From a virus (taxonomy: Duplodnaviria; Caudoviricetes), in IMG/VR virus record IMGVR_UViG_3300025645_000401, positions 1 to 26,048 of that record: a DNA stretch of 26,048 nucleotides. One strand, given 5' to 3'. The position numbers and the translations under genes are program-made. Shown piece by piece: positions 1 to 8,689 of the stretch. The notes beneath the pieces were generated by a model that was not told the origin of the DNA, did not search any database, and saw only the letters and a program-made list of their open reading frames with translations. Numbering within the stretch: the first letter of the stretch is position 1; each line of letters opens with the position of its first letter.

Positions 1-3000
1 CAAAATGCGATAGAGTATGACGGGACTGAGGACGACAGCGAAGGTGACGGCGATGACGCTACGCTAGATATGAACAGCCTAGCGCCTGACGGTGAGATGA
101 GTACCTCGAAAACTTCGGCCTACGAAGTTGACGGTGTTGTAGACGATACACTAAAAGCATGGACGCAGAAACAAGAGACAGCTCCCACTGCCCAGACCGC
201 GGCGCAGAGAGCTGCTATTCGGGCTGAGTTTGATGCGGCTATGAAGAAAGACCGTAAGTACAAAGTTGCGGTCGACCTATGGAACAACGGGTTTGAGTCT
301 GATGTAGAAAATGAAGCGGACCGTGTCCCCTTCGAGTCTATGGATGCGGGCTCTCGCCTTGAGTGGCTCACGTTCGCCACAGAATATAACTCAGGAGACC
401 TTGACCTAGACGCCTTAGGTCAAGAGTACGACTTTATCCGTGCCGACTTTATAAAGGATACACAAAATGCCAAACGTCAAAGCCCCGACCCAGTCGGACA
501 AATTGCAGGCCAAGCAGACCCGGAAGAGACTGCTCCTGTTAGTGGAGGAGTACGAGAAGAAGGGGCTAGACCTGAGCAAAGCGAAGAGCGTGCTGATGGG
601 GAAGAGAACCCCACGCAGTTAACCGCTGAACAGTTTAAGGAGCGCTCTGCTAACGTACAGGTTACAACTAAGAAGAAGCGCCGGGTGGTTAAACCCACAG
701 TGGCAGCTCCAGTGGTTGACACTAAGCCTACTCCCACTGTGGAGGCCAAGACACCTGCTGGAGACACACGCGGCCAAGGTACTCAGTACCATGGGTCATC
801 CAGAGAAGTCACTTCCCTAGATGACAGCTCTTACGGACCGGTGAACATATACGGGCAAGGGTTTTACACAACGGACGCTGCTGACATAGCTACAGGGTAC
901 TCAAACGCGGGCAGAGGAAAAGGGCCTAAATCGCCGGTAGTGTACAAAGTTACAAAGCTAAAAGACGCTAACCTGTTTGACTTAGAACAGCCCTTGACCC
1001 CCCAAGTACTCGGGTGGTTCAGTCAGTCAAGAGTATTTAAAGCGGATGAAGCGCAAGATTTACCTGCAACGTCGACAGTGCGCGACGCTTTAGACTACCT
1101 GCGCAGCACTATGACCGACGACATGGAAACAGCAGATGCTATACAAGATAGTATGGAGAGCTTCCGTAGAACGCTAGAGAACGCAGGGTTCGAAGGATAC
1201 CGCCACGTCGGCGGTACGTTTACAGGTAAAGCGCCCCATAACGTAGAAATCTTCTGGGAGCCAAGCGAGCAACTAAAAATCGAAAGAACAACCCCCGCGG
1301 AAGTAGAGCCTACTCCCACTGTGGAAGCCAAGGCACCTAAGAAGCGAGAAGGGTCAGTCGCTCAAGTTAACAGCGCGGACGCCATAGCAGAGCGGTTGGG
1401 TGGTGAAGTCGTTTACCAGAACGGTGAGCTGTCTCTTGTTCGCGGGTACAGCAACATCTCGGGGGCTCCAGTATACGCCGCCGCTAAAAACGATACGTAC
1501 ACCACAGTGGACGTTGAGAGCTACACAGGCAATGTCTTTACCCCTAGCCAAAAGGCGGAGCTTGTAGCCGCTAAGACCGCCGTGGAAACGGAAGCGCAGA
1601 GAGTTCACGCAGAAACACCGTTTGTCACTTATGAGAACGGCTTAGCATTCTCCGAGAATACGTCTCCCGAATTGCAGGGTATCGCGCGCGGTTGGAAAGA
1701 GTTGCTCGGGCTTGAGTCCGAGGTGTACATCACAACCCTTAGCGACGCGAAGGCCAACAAGCTTAACTTTACAGGTCCACTACGGGCCGTTGGCTCTGGC
1801 ACGCTAGACAGCAATGAGCGTGGATCTACGCGTCGTATGGCTGACGGCACTCACTACATTATCTTTGACGACCAACCTGACAAAGCTGCCACACTGGAGA
1901 CTCTCGCCCATGAGATGGGTCATATACACCAGAAGGAAGCGTTTGACTCTGCCCCAGCAAGCCTGAAGGGGGAACTTTACGACGCGCACAAGGCTTGGCT
2001 GGCAGAACAGAAAGGCGGAACCGCTAAAGCTTTGGTTGAAGCTCTACGCGCTCGGAAGACGGGTAAAACCACTAAGGTCGGTGAAGATCTTATGGCGCAC
2101 CAAGCGCAGCCCTACTGGAAGTCGTTCAGCGAATGGTACGCCGACCAAGTATCACGTTGGGCAACAACGCAAAAGGTTCCACTAACGGTTGTCGAGAAGT
2201 TCTTCTCTCGCCTCGGCAAAGCCATGAAAAGCTTTTACGCCAAGGTGGCAAACAAGAAGTACCTGCCGTCATCCGAGTTTGTGAATTACTTGAGCCAAGT
2301 CAAAGGCGCTGCCCTGCGAGACCCGCTTAACGATAACGTCGACCTCCAGTCCGACGCAATGAAGGGGTCTATGGAGCCAACACCTGAGGGGCGCGCAAAC
2401 ACCGGGCGCTACGCCCAAAAGGCAGGCGAGGTGTTTGGACCTAAAGCTGAGCAGTTTGTGAATGACTCTACTGAGCTTTTTTCAAAAGCCGCTCGTTCGC
2501 TAGAGTTCGTTCACCAGTTTATCCGTAGGATTAAAGGACGGTTGCCCGAAGCTGGGGTGTGGTACCAAGCTGTTAAAGAGTCAGACAAGACACGCCAAGA
2601 CATCCGTCGTCAGGTAGAGGCCATAGCGATCGACGCTCGAAACCTAACGGGTGAGCGCTTAGTAGTCGTCAACGACTTTGTCAGTAAGTCCACCTACTTC
2701 CAGAAGTGGGGCTACAACCCTCAGTTTACTGACAAGAACGGAGACCCGCGCGTTATTAAAACAGACGCTATCATGGAGCGAGCCTACAACCGGTTAGCAC
2801 CTGTTGAGCAGAAGTTGGTGCGGGACATGTTCCAGCACGGTGAAAACATGCGTCTGCGCAAGCTGGCAATCGCCAAAGAGATGGGTATTCCAAAGACCTT
2901 CTTTAGTGCTGAGGCCCTTGACGGTCCCTATGCCCCACTGAAGCGTTTTGGTAAGTATGCTACGGTACTGAAGTCCCAAGCGTTACTTGACGCAGAGGCG

Positions 3001-5124
3001 CTCGACACGGCTGAATCAACCACAGCGACACGCAAGACTGTGGAAGAGTTAAAGTCCGACGGAGATAACTACGTGGTCAGTTTCTTTGACACCATGGGGT
3101 TGGCGAAGAAGTTCAGGGACGAGAACGCTAAGACCTACGCGTACGCAAGCGCGTCACAGCGTGCTAACGACGTAATGGAAGACCGCACACCAAACGCTGA
3201 AGTGTTCCAGAAAGTGCTTGGGGCTCTGAGCGCCGCGGACAAATCTCAGATAGACCCAGCGTCTAAGGCAGCTTTTTCCGACTTAGTGCGCGACATGTAC
3301 TTTGACTCGCTAGATCAGCGCGACGCTCGAATGTCCGGGGCCAAGCGTAAGAACCGCGCGGGTTACGAAAAGAACATGATCCGTTCGTTCCTGTCTCACG
3401 CAAGCGCTGAATCGGCGATGATCTCCACTATGGAGCACGGTGCTGAAGTCAACATGGCTCTGGCGGCGACCCTCAAGGCAGCTCGCAAAAACGAAACAGA
3501 ACTCATGCCCATGTACAACATGATGGCTGCTCACTACAAAGACTCGCTGGTCTACAAGCAGTCGACATTCCAGAGCATACAAAACCGTATAGCGGCTGGG
3601 AACTCTGTCTGGATGCTGACATCGAGCATTGGCTACCACGTAACGAACGCTACCCAGCCCGCCGCGGTTACGGTCCCGTTCCTTGCCGGGCACTTTAACA
3701 GCTACTCTGGCGCTTGGAAAAGCTTGCTAGACGGCTACACAGTGGCAAATGGGGCCATTAGGATGACGAAGGATCTCGAGACTGAGATCGACGTCGAAAA
3801 AACGCCTGAAAAGTACCGAGCGCTGCTGAAAGAACTCCAACTGCGGGGCCTTCTAGACGTAGGTATGGAAGAAGACTTGGCCTCGTTCGAGCGGTTCAAC
3901 ACAGGCTATGAGGGCCTTAACGCCGCGGGAGATGTTGCTGGCAAGATTACCCACAAGTTGTACCAAACAGCCCGTTTCGTAGAGGCTCAAAACCGTATAT
4001 CCTCAGCCGTTGCAGCGTACGACATGGCACTGGCAAAACCTTCAGTCCCTGCACGGTTCGACATGACGCCAGTGGAGTACGCGACCGCGATCGTGGAAGA
4101 CACGCAGGGTAACTTTGGTGCGCTTGACGCTCCACTGCTGCTCAAGAAGCTTCCTAAGCTGACAGTTCAGTACCGAAAGTACCAGTTCTTAATGGCGGCG
4201 AACTACGTCAAGAGTTTTCAGATGGCGTTTAAAGGTGAGTCTCCTGAGGTAAGGGCTGCGGGTAAGCGAACGCTAGGGTACATGCTCGCCCACGCCGGTA
4301 TACTCGGGGGTCTAACGGGAATCCCGTTGGTATCGAGTATTTCGGCGACGTACTTTTGGCTGGCGAATCTGGTCTCTCCTGAGGAAGACGAGCCCCAAGA
4401 TCTTGAGCGTTTTATCCGCGAGAACGTTCCGGGGAAATTCGGCGAGGTTCTTGCTCGAGGTGGGTTCAGTGCGATCGGCATAGACATGTCTACCAAACTT
4501 AGCCAAGACAACATCTTCAAACCTTTCCCGTACACGGAAATCGAGCCAACTGAAGATGCCCTTAAAGATATTGTCTTTAACCTAGCTGCTGGCCCCTCTG
4601 GTACCACGATGCTGAACTTCTTGCGCTCCGCCGAGTACGCAGCGAATGGGGATGTGTCAAAAGCCATCGAGCACTTTGTGCCAAAAGGTTTACGCAAGCC
4701 ACTGGAGTCCTACAGACTTGCTACCGAAGGCATGTCGTTTAAGAACGGCGACATCGTGGTTACCCCAGAAGAAATGAGAGCGTCAGGTATGGTTCCACTG
4801 CTTGTTAACGCGCTGGGCATTCCTGTCAGCCTTGTCGAAAACATAAAGTACACTCGGAGCCAGCAGTACGAAATCAGCCAGCACTTTAGCACTGAGACGG
4901 GCCGTATACGACGTGAGTACATAGACGCTCACCAGTCTGGCGACCCTAGGGCTAAGCTGAGACTTAAACGCGAGTGGCGAACCTTGCAGGGTCACAAGGA
5001 CAGACTTCGGGGGTCTTTCGGGAATGACAGCAAAGCGCTGCGACGCCAGTCCATATCCGATCTAATCAAAGCGCCTTTCGCTCAGCGGCGGCGGGAGCGA
5101 GGTGCTGCCAGCCGGTTCGAGTAA
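1..5124 (+). CDS. Large polyvalent protein, 5'-truncated, probably virion-associated/injected: ART-like domain, zincin-like metallopeptidase, PLxRFG domain, C-terminal helical/hydrophobic LPD-type region
   Basis: Frame +1 is open from base 1 (QNAIEYDGTEDD...), so the start lies outside the window. Motifs: YHGS...YGQGFYTT...ATGY...GFEG (~785-1265); HEMGH (1909-1923) plus downstream EWYAD; YAPLKRFGKY (PLKRFG at 2935-2952); TQGNF and a hydrophobic LAHAGILGGLTGIPLV segment near the C-terminus. Confidence 0.85.
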   Translation, partial: QNAIEYDGTEDDSEGDGDDATLDMNSLAPDGEMSTSKTSAYEVDGVVDDTLKAWTQKQETAPTAQTAAQRAAIRAEFDAAMKKDRKYKVAVDLWNNGFESDVENEADRVPFESMDAGSRLEWLTFATEYNSGDLDLDALGQEYDFIRADFIKDTQNAKRQSPDPVGQIAGQADPEETAPVSGGVREEGARPEQSEERADGEENPTQLTAEQFKERSANVQVTTKKKRRVVKPTVAAPVVDTKPTPTVEAKTPAGDTRGQGTQYHGSSREVTSLDDSSYGPVNIYGQGFYTTDAADIATGYSNAGRGKGPKSPVVYKVTKLKDANLFDLEQPLTPQVLGWFSQSRVFKADEAQDLPATSTVRDALDYLRSTMTDDMETADAIQDSMESFRRTLENAGFEGYRHVGGTFTGKAPHNVEIFWEPSEQLKIERTTPAEVEPTPTVEAKAPKKREGSVAQVNSADAIAERLGGEVVYQNGELSLVRGYSNISGAPVYAAAKNDTYTTVDVESYTGNVFTPSQKAELVAAKTAVETEAQRVHAETPFVTYENGLAFSENTSPELQGIARGWKELLGLESEVYITTLSDAKANKLNFTGPLRAVGSGTLDSNERGSTRRMADGTHYIIFDDQPDKAATLETLAHEMGHIHQKEAFDSAPASLKGELYDAHKAWLAEQKGGTAKALVEALRARKTGKTTKVGEDLMAHQAQPYWKSFSEWYADQVSRWATTQKVPLTVVEKFFSRLGKAMKSFYAKVANKKYLPSSEFVNYLSQVKGAALRDPLNDNVDLQSDAMKGSMEPTPEGRANTGRYAQKAGEVFGPKAEQFVNDSTELFSKAARSLEFVHQFIRRIKGRLPEAGVWYQAVKESDKTRQDIRRQVEAIAIDARNLTGERLVVVNDFVSKSTYFQKWGYNPQFTDKNGDPRVIKTDAIMERAYNRLAPVEQKLVRDMFQHGENMRLRKLAIAKEMGIPKTFFSAEALDGPYAPLKRFGKYATVLKSQALLDAEALDTAESTTATRKTVEELKSDGDNYVVSFFDTMGLAKKFRDENAKTYAYASASQRANDVMEDRTPNAEVFQKVLGALSAADKSQIDPASKAAFSDLVRDMYFDSLDQRDARMSGAKRKNRAGYEKNMIRSFLSHASAESAMISTMEHGAEVNMALAATLKAARKNETELMPMYNMMAAHYKDSLVYKQSTFQSIQNRIAAGNSVWMLTSSIGYHVTNATQPAAVTVPFLAGHFNSYSGAWKSLLDGYTVANGAIRMTKDLETEIDVEKTPEKYRALLKELQLRGLLDVGMEEDLASFERFNTGYEGLNAAGDVAGKITHKLYQTARFVEAQNRISSAVAAYDMALAKPSVPARFDMTPVEYATAIVEDTQGNFGALDAPLLLKKLPKLTVQYRKYQFLMAANYVKSFQMAFKGESPEVRAAGKRTLGYMLAHAGILGGLTGIPLVSSISATYFWLANLVSPEEDEPQDLERFIRENVPGKFGEVLARGGFSAIGIDMSTKLSQDNIFKPFPYTEIEPTEDALKDIVFNLAAGPSGTTMLNFLRSAEYAANGDVSKAIEHFVPKGLRKPLESYRLATEGMSFKNGDIVVTPEEMRASGMVPLLVNALGIPVSLVENIKYTRSQQYEISQHFSTETGRIRREYIDAHQSGDPRAKLRLKREWRTLQGHKDRLRGSFGNDSKALRRQSISDLIKAPFAQRRRERGAASRFE
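725..756 (+). repeat. 32-bp intragenic direct repeat, copy 1
   Basis: AGCCTACTCCCACTGTGGAGGCCAAGACACCT; 30/32 identical to 1307-1338. Confidence 0.95.
1307..1338 (+). repeat. 32-bp intragenic direct repeat, copy 2
   Basis: AGCCTACTCCCACTGTGGAAGCCAAGGCACCT; 582 bp (194 codons) from copy 1, same frame. Confidence 0.95.
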
Positions 5125-5167
5125 TGTCTCTCCTCGGGCGTTAACTTATTCCCTTAGCGCCCCTTTC

Positions 5168-5201
5168 GCCTAGCCTTATCCATTGGGCTAGGCTTTTTTT
5201 T
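5168..5201 (+). terminator. Rho-independent terminator after the polyvalent protein gene
   Basis: Stem GCCTAGCCT / GGGCTAGGC with an 8-nt loop, followed by 8 T. Confidence 0.9.
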
Positions 5202-5258
5202 GTACGAAAATCGTGTAGTATCAAGTTGTTAGCTAAATTCACACTCAGGGTATGACTA

Positions 5259-6038
5259 ATGCGACATTTGTTTATTCCAGATACTCAAGTTAAGAAAGGC
5301 GTGCCGCTCGACCATCTCCGCGCGCTAGGCAACTACATAGTAGAGAAAAAGCCAGACGTGATTATCCACATTGGTGACCATGCCGATATGCCGTCGCTGT
5401 CTAGTTACGAGAAGACCGGCTCCAAATATTTCGAGAACATGCGATACCGAGACGACATCGAGTCCTCAAGGCTTGGCATGGAAATACTGCTAGAGCCCAT
5501 GGTTCGCTACAACAATATGCAGAAGCGCAACAAGAAAGCCCTGTACAAGCCGCGGATGGACCTCACGCTTGGCAACCACGAGTATCGCATTCAGCGCACG
5601 ATCAATGACGACCCGGTGAAACTTGAGGGTCTGATGAGTATGAGCGATCTGGGTTACGAGGAGTACGGCTGGACTGTACACCCGTTCCTACACCACGTTG
5701 AGATTGATGGCGTGCTGTACTCGCACTATCACAAGAACCCGAATAGTCCCATGGGCAACCCGATGGGTGGCACGATCCAGTCCAAGCTGAACAACATGAA
5801 GCAGTCATTCTCGAATGGCCACAACCAGATGCTCCAGTACGGCATAGCTTATACCGGATCAGGTCGCAGGCTGCATGGTTTGCAAGCTGGTGCGTTCTAT
5901 ATGCACGACGAGGGCTTCATGGGGTTGCAAGGTAACAAACAGCACTGGCGCGGCGTAGTAGTCAAGAACGAGGTGAAAGATGGGCAATACGACCCCTGTT
6001 TTGTGTCTCTCGACTACCTTCTGAAGAACTACAGGTAG
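5259..6038 (+). CDS. Calcineurin-like metallophosphoesterase (phage type)
   Basis: Metal-binding motifs in canonical order: PDTQ, GDHAD, GNHE, SH, GHNQ. Confidence 0.85.
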   Translation: MRHLFIPDTQVKKGVPLDHLRALGNYIVEKKPDVIIHIGDHADMPSLSSYEKTGSKYFENMRYRDDIESSRLGMEILLEPMVRYNNMQKRNKKALYKPRMDLTLGNHEYRIQRTINDDPVKLEGLMSMSDLGYEEYGWTVHPFLHHVEIDGVLYSHYHKNPNSPMGNPMGGTIQSKLNNMKQSFSNGHNQMLQYGIAYTGSGRRLHGLQAGAFYMHDEGFMGLQGNKQHWRGVVVKNEVKDGQYDPCFVSLDYLLKNYR

Positions 6039-6054
6039 GAGCGCACAATATTTA

Positions 6055-6280
6055 TTTTGACTACAGTTTTACTACATTCCCAAATAGCGGTTCGGTAAGT
6101 ATCCGTTTTAATTAACCTATTTATACCCACTGCAACTCAGCGAGATAAGCAGCAGCTTTTTTTTCAAATAATTTCTGTTTAATTTCTAGCTAGTTAACAG
6201 ATAGTCAAACTGTAGCTTTCTCAGGTGAAACTACTTGAACACAGGTGTATGTACCTGTACGACTACATCTTACTTCAGTT
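6055..6280. mobile_element. Probable attP with integrase arm-type repeats
   Basis: AT-rich intergenic region just 5' of the integrase. Tandem ACTACA-like pairs at 6058-6076 and 6260-6277, and an inverted pair at ~6199-6216. Confidence 0.65.
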
Positions 6281-6301
6281 TGATGCAGGCGGGTTTTAGC
6301 T

Positions 6302-7306
6302 ATGGCGAGTATATACAGACGCGGGAAAGTCTACTGGATTCAGTGGAGCCTCGACGGGGAACGCCACAATGAGTCTCTGCGCACCACCGTAAAGAAGGAA
6401 GCGCTGATAGCCAAGTCAGCTAAAGAGCTGGAGACGCGGACCGGTGTGTCCGTCGCCCAGTCTAACTGCACCGTGGCAGAGTTCAGCGTACAGTACCTTT
6501 TGTGGCACCGTGGAGAGTACCCGTGGGCTGAGAAAGGAATGCGCTATTACTTCGACTCGACCTTGCTACCTTCGTTCGGCCACATGCGCCTCGCCAGCCT
6601 AGATCCCCAACAGGTAGAGCTGTGGAAACACAAACGCAACGGATCTATGGGGCACTTGTCCAAGCGCCCACGAACACGACTCACTGTTAACTCAGAGCTA
6701 AAGAAGCTCAAGGCGCTGGTAAACAAAGCGGTGGAGTGGGGAGTTATACCTAGGAACACGATCGCTCCAGTCAAAATGTTCCAGAACTTGGATGCTAACG
6801 CACGCGGGTACCTCACGAAAGAACAGCTAAACGCGCTGTACACCGCTGACCCTGAGACTGCTGCGATCTGGCAGCTAATGGCCAACACGGGTATGCGGAT
6901 CGGGGAAGCTATGAACCTAAAATGGACGAGGGTTAATGCTGAGAGGGTGAGGGTTGTATCGAGTCAGGAACATATGACAAAGACGCGCCAGTGGCGGGAC
7001 ATACCAGTATCACCGGGATGTCGATCTGCGTTGGCGGAGTTGAGGGGTCGCAACGACGGTTACGTGTTGCCGAGGGTAAATATCACTACGTTGAGGAGGT
7101 ACTTTAAGAAGGCGTGCGATAAGGCGGGGTTTGATGCAGTGCCTCACGAATTACGTCATACATTCATTAGTCACTTAGTGATGCAAGGCATTCCGTTGCG
7201 CACAGTGCAGGTACTGGCGGGGCACAAGAGTATCGCCGTAACAGAGCAATACGCGCATCTTGCGCCCAACCACATGTCAGACATGGTTTCTAGTCTTCAC
7301 CTCTAG
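6302..7306 (+). CDS. int: Tyrosine recombinase / phage integrase
   Basis: Catalytic set R (TGMRIGE), K (TKT), HxxR (HELRH), H (AGH), Y (EQYAH); short N-terminal arm-binding-like beta domain. Confidence 0.95.
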   Translation: MASIYRRGKVYWIQWSLDGERHNESLRTTVKKEALIAKSAKELETRTGVSVAQSNCTVAEFSVQYLLWHRGEYPWAEKGMRYYFDSTLLPSFGHMRLASLDPQQVELWKHKRNGSMGHLSKRPRTRLTVNSELKKLKALVNKAVEWGVIPRNTIAPVKMFQNLDANARGYLTKEQLNALYTADPETAAIWQLMANTGMRIGEAMNLKWTRVNAERVRVVSSQEHMTKTRQWRDIPVSPGCRSALAELRGRNDGYVLPRVNITTLRRYFKKACDKAGFDAVPHELRHTFISHLVMQGIPLRTVQVLAGHKSIAVTEQYAHLAPNHMSDMVSSLHL

Positions 7307-7320
7307 GGAGCGGCGTCATG

Positions 7321-7566
7321 CTACCACTTCCTCGTGCTGAGCTGATCTGTTCGGGGATGCCGTAGATCTTCTACAAGCAAAGAATTGTCGATGTGGTCTC
7401 GGGTATTCACGCAACGTGCGCTTCTTGTGTGGCGCTTTGTTCCACCGCACAGTTCGCAGATTTTACCATCGAAGAACTTTAGCTTCTGCTCTAGCGCATC
7501 TGCACGAGCGTACATTTTCTCTGCATCGGACCGTAAACTATCAGGTGTTACCTTTGCGTAGTTCAT
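7321..7566 (-). CDS. Small hypothetical protein with a Cys motif (CELC...RC)
   Basis: Start moved to ATG 7566: ATGA overlap with the upstream stop and a GGAG RBS; 81 aa. Confidence 0.6.
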   Translation of the reverse strand: MNYAKVTPDSLRSDAEKMYARADALEQKLKFFDGKICELCGGTKRHTRSARCVNTRDHIDNSLLVEDLRHPRTDQLSTRKW

Positions 7567-7766
7567 GTTGTTACTCTCCATAGTGAGTTTAGTTTCGAAT
7601 AATCGGGTCGGTCTATTTCGCTGCACGCTGTGATCTGCCTGTACTTATCTTCGCACGGTATGCAGCTGCTGTGGCGCTTGCCGCTTTTGTGGTTGAGGTA
7701 CAGGGGTGCTGCTACGATTTTGCCACAGCTGTAACACCGGGCTTTGAGTGGGGCTGCTCGGGCCAT
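7563..7766 (-). CDS. Small zinc-ribbon protein
   Basis: CYSC...CIPC; stop/start overlaps with both neighbours. Confidence 0.6.
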   Translation of the reverse strand: MARAAPLKARCYSCGKIVAAPLYLNHKSGKRHSSCIPCEDKYRQITACSEIDRPDYSKLNSLWRVTT

Positions 7767-8194
7767 TAGTTGACCCCCGTTGAACCAAAACCTTTCTTGC
7801 CCCGTGTGGTGTCGTCCAGCTCCTTCACCTCAGTCGAGACCAGCATTGCCGGCACTACAATTAACTGTGCGATACGCTCACCGCGCTCAACTCTAAACGG
7901 CACGATGTCTGTACTGTGAACCGTCATCACAACGCGGATCTCGCCACGGTAATCTGAATCAATTACACCTGCCATGGTGTCCACGCCTCGGCTAACAGCC
8001 AGTCCACTGCGTGGTTTGATCAGACCAACGAACCCATCTGGTACGGCAACTGCGATGCCAGTACTGATGCTCGCTACTTGCCCGAAGTGAACTCGGGAGA
8101 GGTCTTGGTCTGAGTAGATGTCGAACCCTGCGGCTCCTGCGGTGGTACGTTTTGGTATTACTGCTGTATCTGTTAAACGTTTGAACTTGATCAT
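7766..8194 (-). CDS. dut: dUTPase (trimeric)
   Basis: All five motifs: AGFDI, PRSGLA, GVIDSDYRGEI, GERIAQL, RGKKGFGSTG. Confidence 0.97.
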   Translation of the reverse strand: MIKFKRLTDTAVIPKRTTAGAAGFDIYSDQDLSRVHFGQVASISTGIAVAVPDGFVGLIKPRSGLAVSRGVDTMAGVIDSDYRGEIRVVMTVHSTDIVPFRVERGERIAQLIVVPAMLVSTEVKELDDTTRGKKGFGSTGVN

Positions 8195-8197
8195 CGT

Positions 8198-8395
8198 CTA
8201 CACCTTGAGAAGAACTTGAGGAAATATGGTGTCGATGTTCGCCAGCACTGCCAGCAATAACACAACAAAGGTGTAAGTCATCAAGGCGGTATAGACTGCC
8301 CAGTACCATTTCATTTCCTCGATCAGCATGTTAAAGGCGACCTGACCACAGAACATCATTACCGACAGCATGATCATAATTTGTAATATTGTCAT
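8198..8395 (-). CDS. Small membrane protein with two predicted TM helices
   Basis: Two hydrophobic stretches; GGAG RBS; tightly packed in the operon. Confidence 0.6.
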   Translation of the reverse strand: MTILQIMIMLSVMMFCGQVAFNMLIEEMKWYWAVYTALMTYTFVVLLLAVLANIDTIFPQVLLKV

Positions 8396-8397
8396 GT

Positions 8398-8589
8398 TCA
8401 GTTCTCCAAGATCATCGGTTGGACGTCGACGCCCACCATCATGTGGAATATCGCTTTGGCCTGTGCTTCGATGATCTTGGGCCGTGACCAGTCGTACCGT
8501 ACCGCAGATGCCACGGCTTGGTGTCTGTGTGGTATCCCAGCACGGTATGTGAATGTATACCCGCTGATGTCGTCAATTAGTTTTTTCAT
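8398..8589 (-). CDS. Hypothetical protein
   Basis: GGAGG RBS; tight packing. Confidence 0.55.
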   Translation of the reverse strand: MKKLIDDISGYTFTYRAGIPHRHQAVASAVRYDWSRPKIIEAQAKAIFHMMVGVDVQPMILEN

Positions 8590-8683
8590 TGGTCTTCCTC
8601 CCGATACGGGGATTCCCGTTTCGTAATCGTTTGATCTTCTTGGGGGTGCCTTTCTCCGCTGTTATGTTCTTTGTAGTGATCAT
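8573..8683 (-). CDS. Possible 36-aa basic peptide (not in ORF track)
   Basis: MITTKNITAEKGTPKKIKRLRNGNPRIGRKTNEKTN fills the gap between neighbours; weak AGGGA RBS. Confidence 0.3.
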   Translation of the reverse strand: MITTKNITAEKGTPKKIKRLRNGNPRIGRKTNEKTN

Positions 8684-8689
8684 TTTAGT

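Noticed and set aside
70-72. ATG 70 as the start of the giant ORF
   Set aside because: The frame is open to base 1 and there is no clear RBS; the gene most likely begins upstream of the window.
725-1338. Diversity-generating retroelement TR/VR pair, or an intein
   Set aside because: The repeats are only 32 bp, no reverse transcriptase is present in the window, and there are no intein C/S...HN termini.
120-4995. Short antisense and alternate-frame ORFs inside the giant gene
   Set aside because: They shadow a long motif-bearing CDS and have no recognisable motifs.
6087-6106. GGTTCG as a tRNA T-loop fragment in attP
   Set aside because: No T-arm stem, no GGTTCGAATCC-like context and no CCA end.
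8198-8395. Holin
   Set aside because: It has two TM helices but lies in the replication/nucleotide operon with no endolysin nearby.
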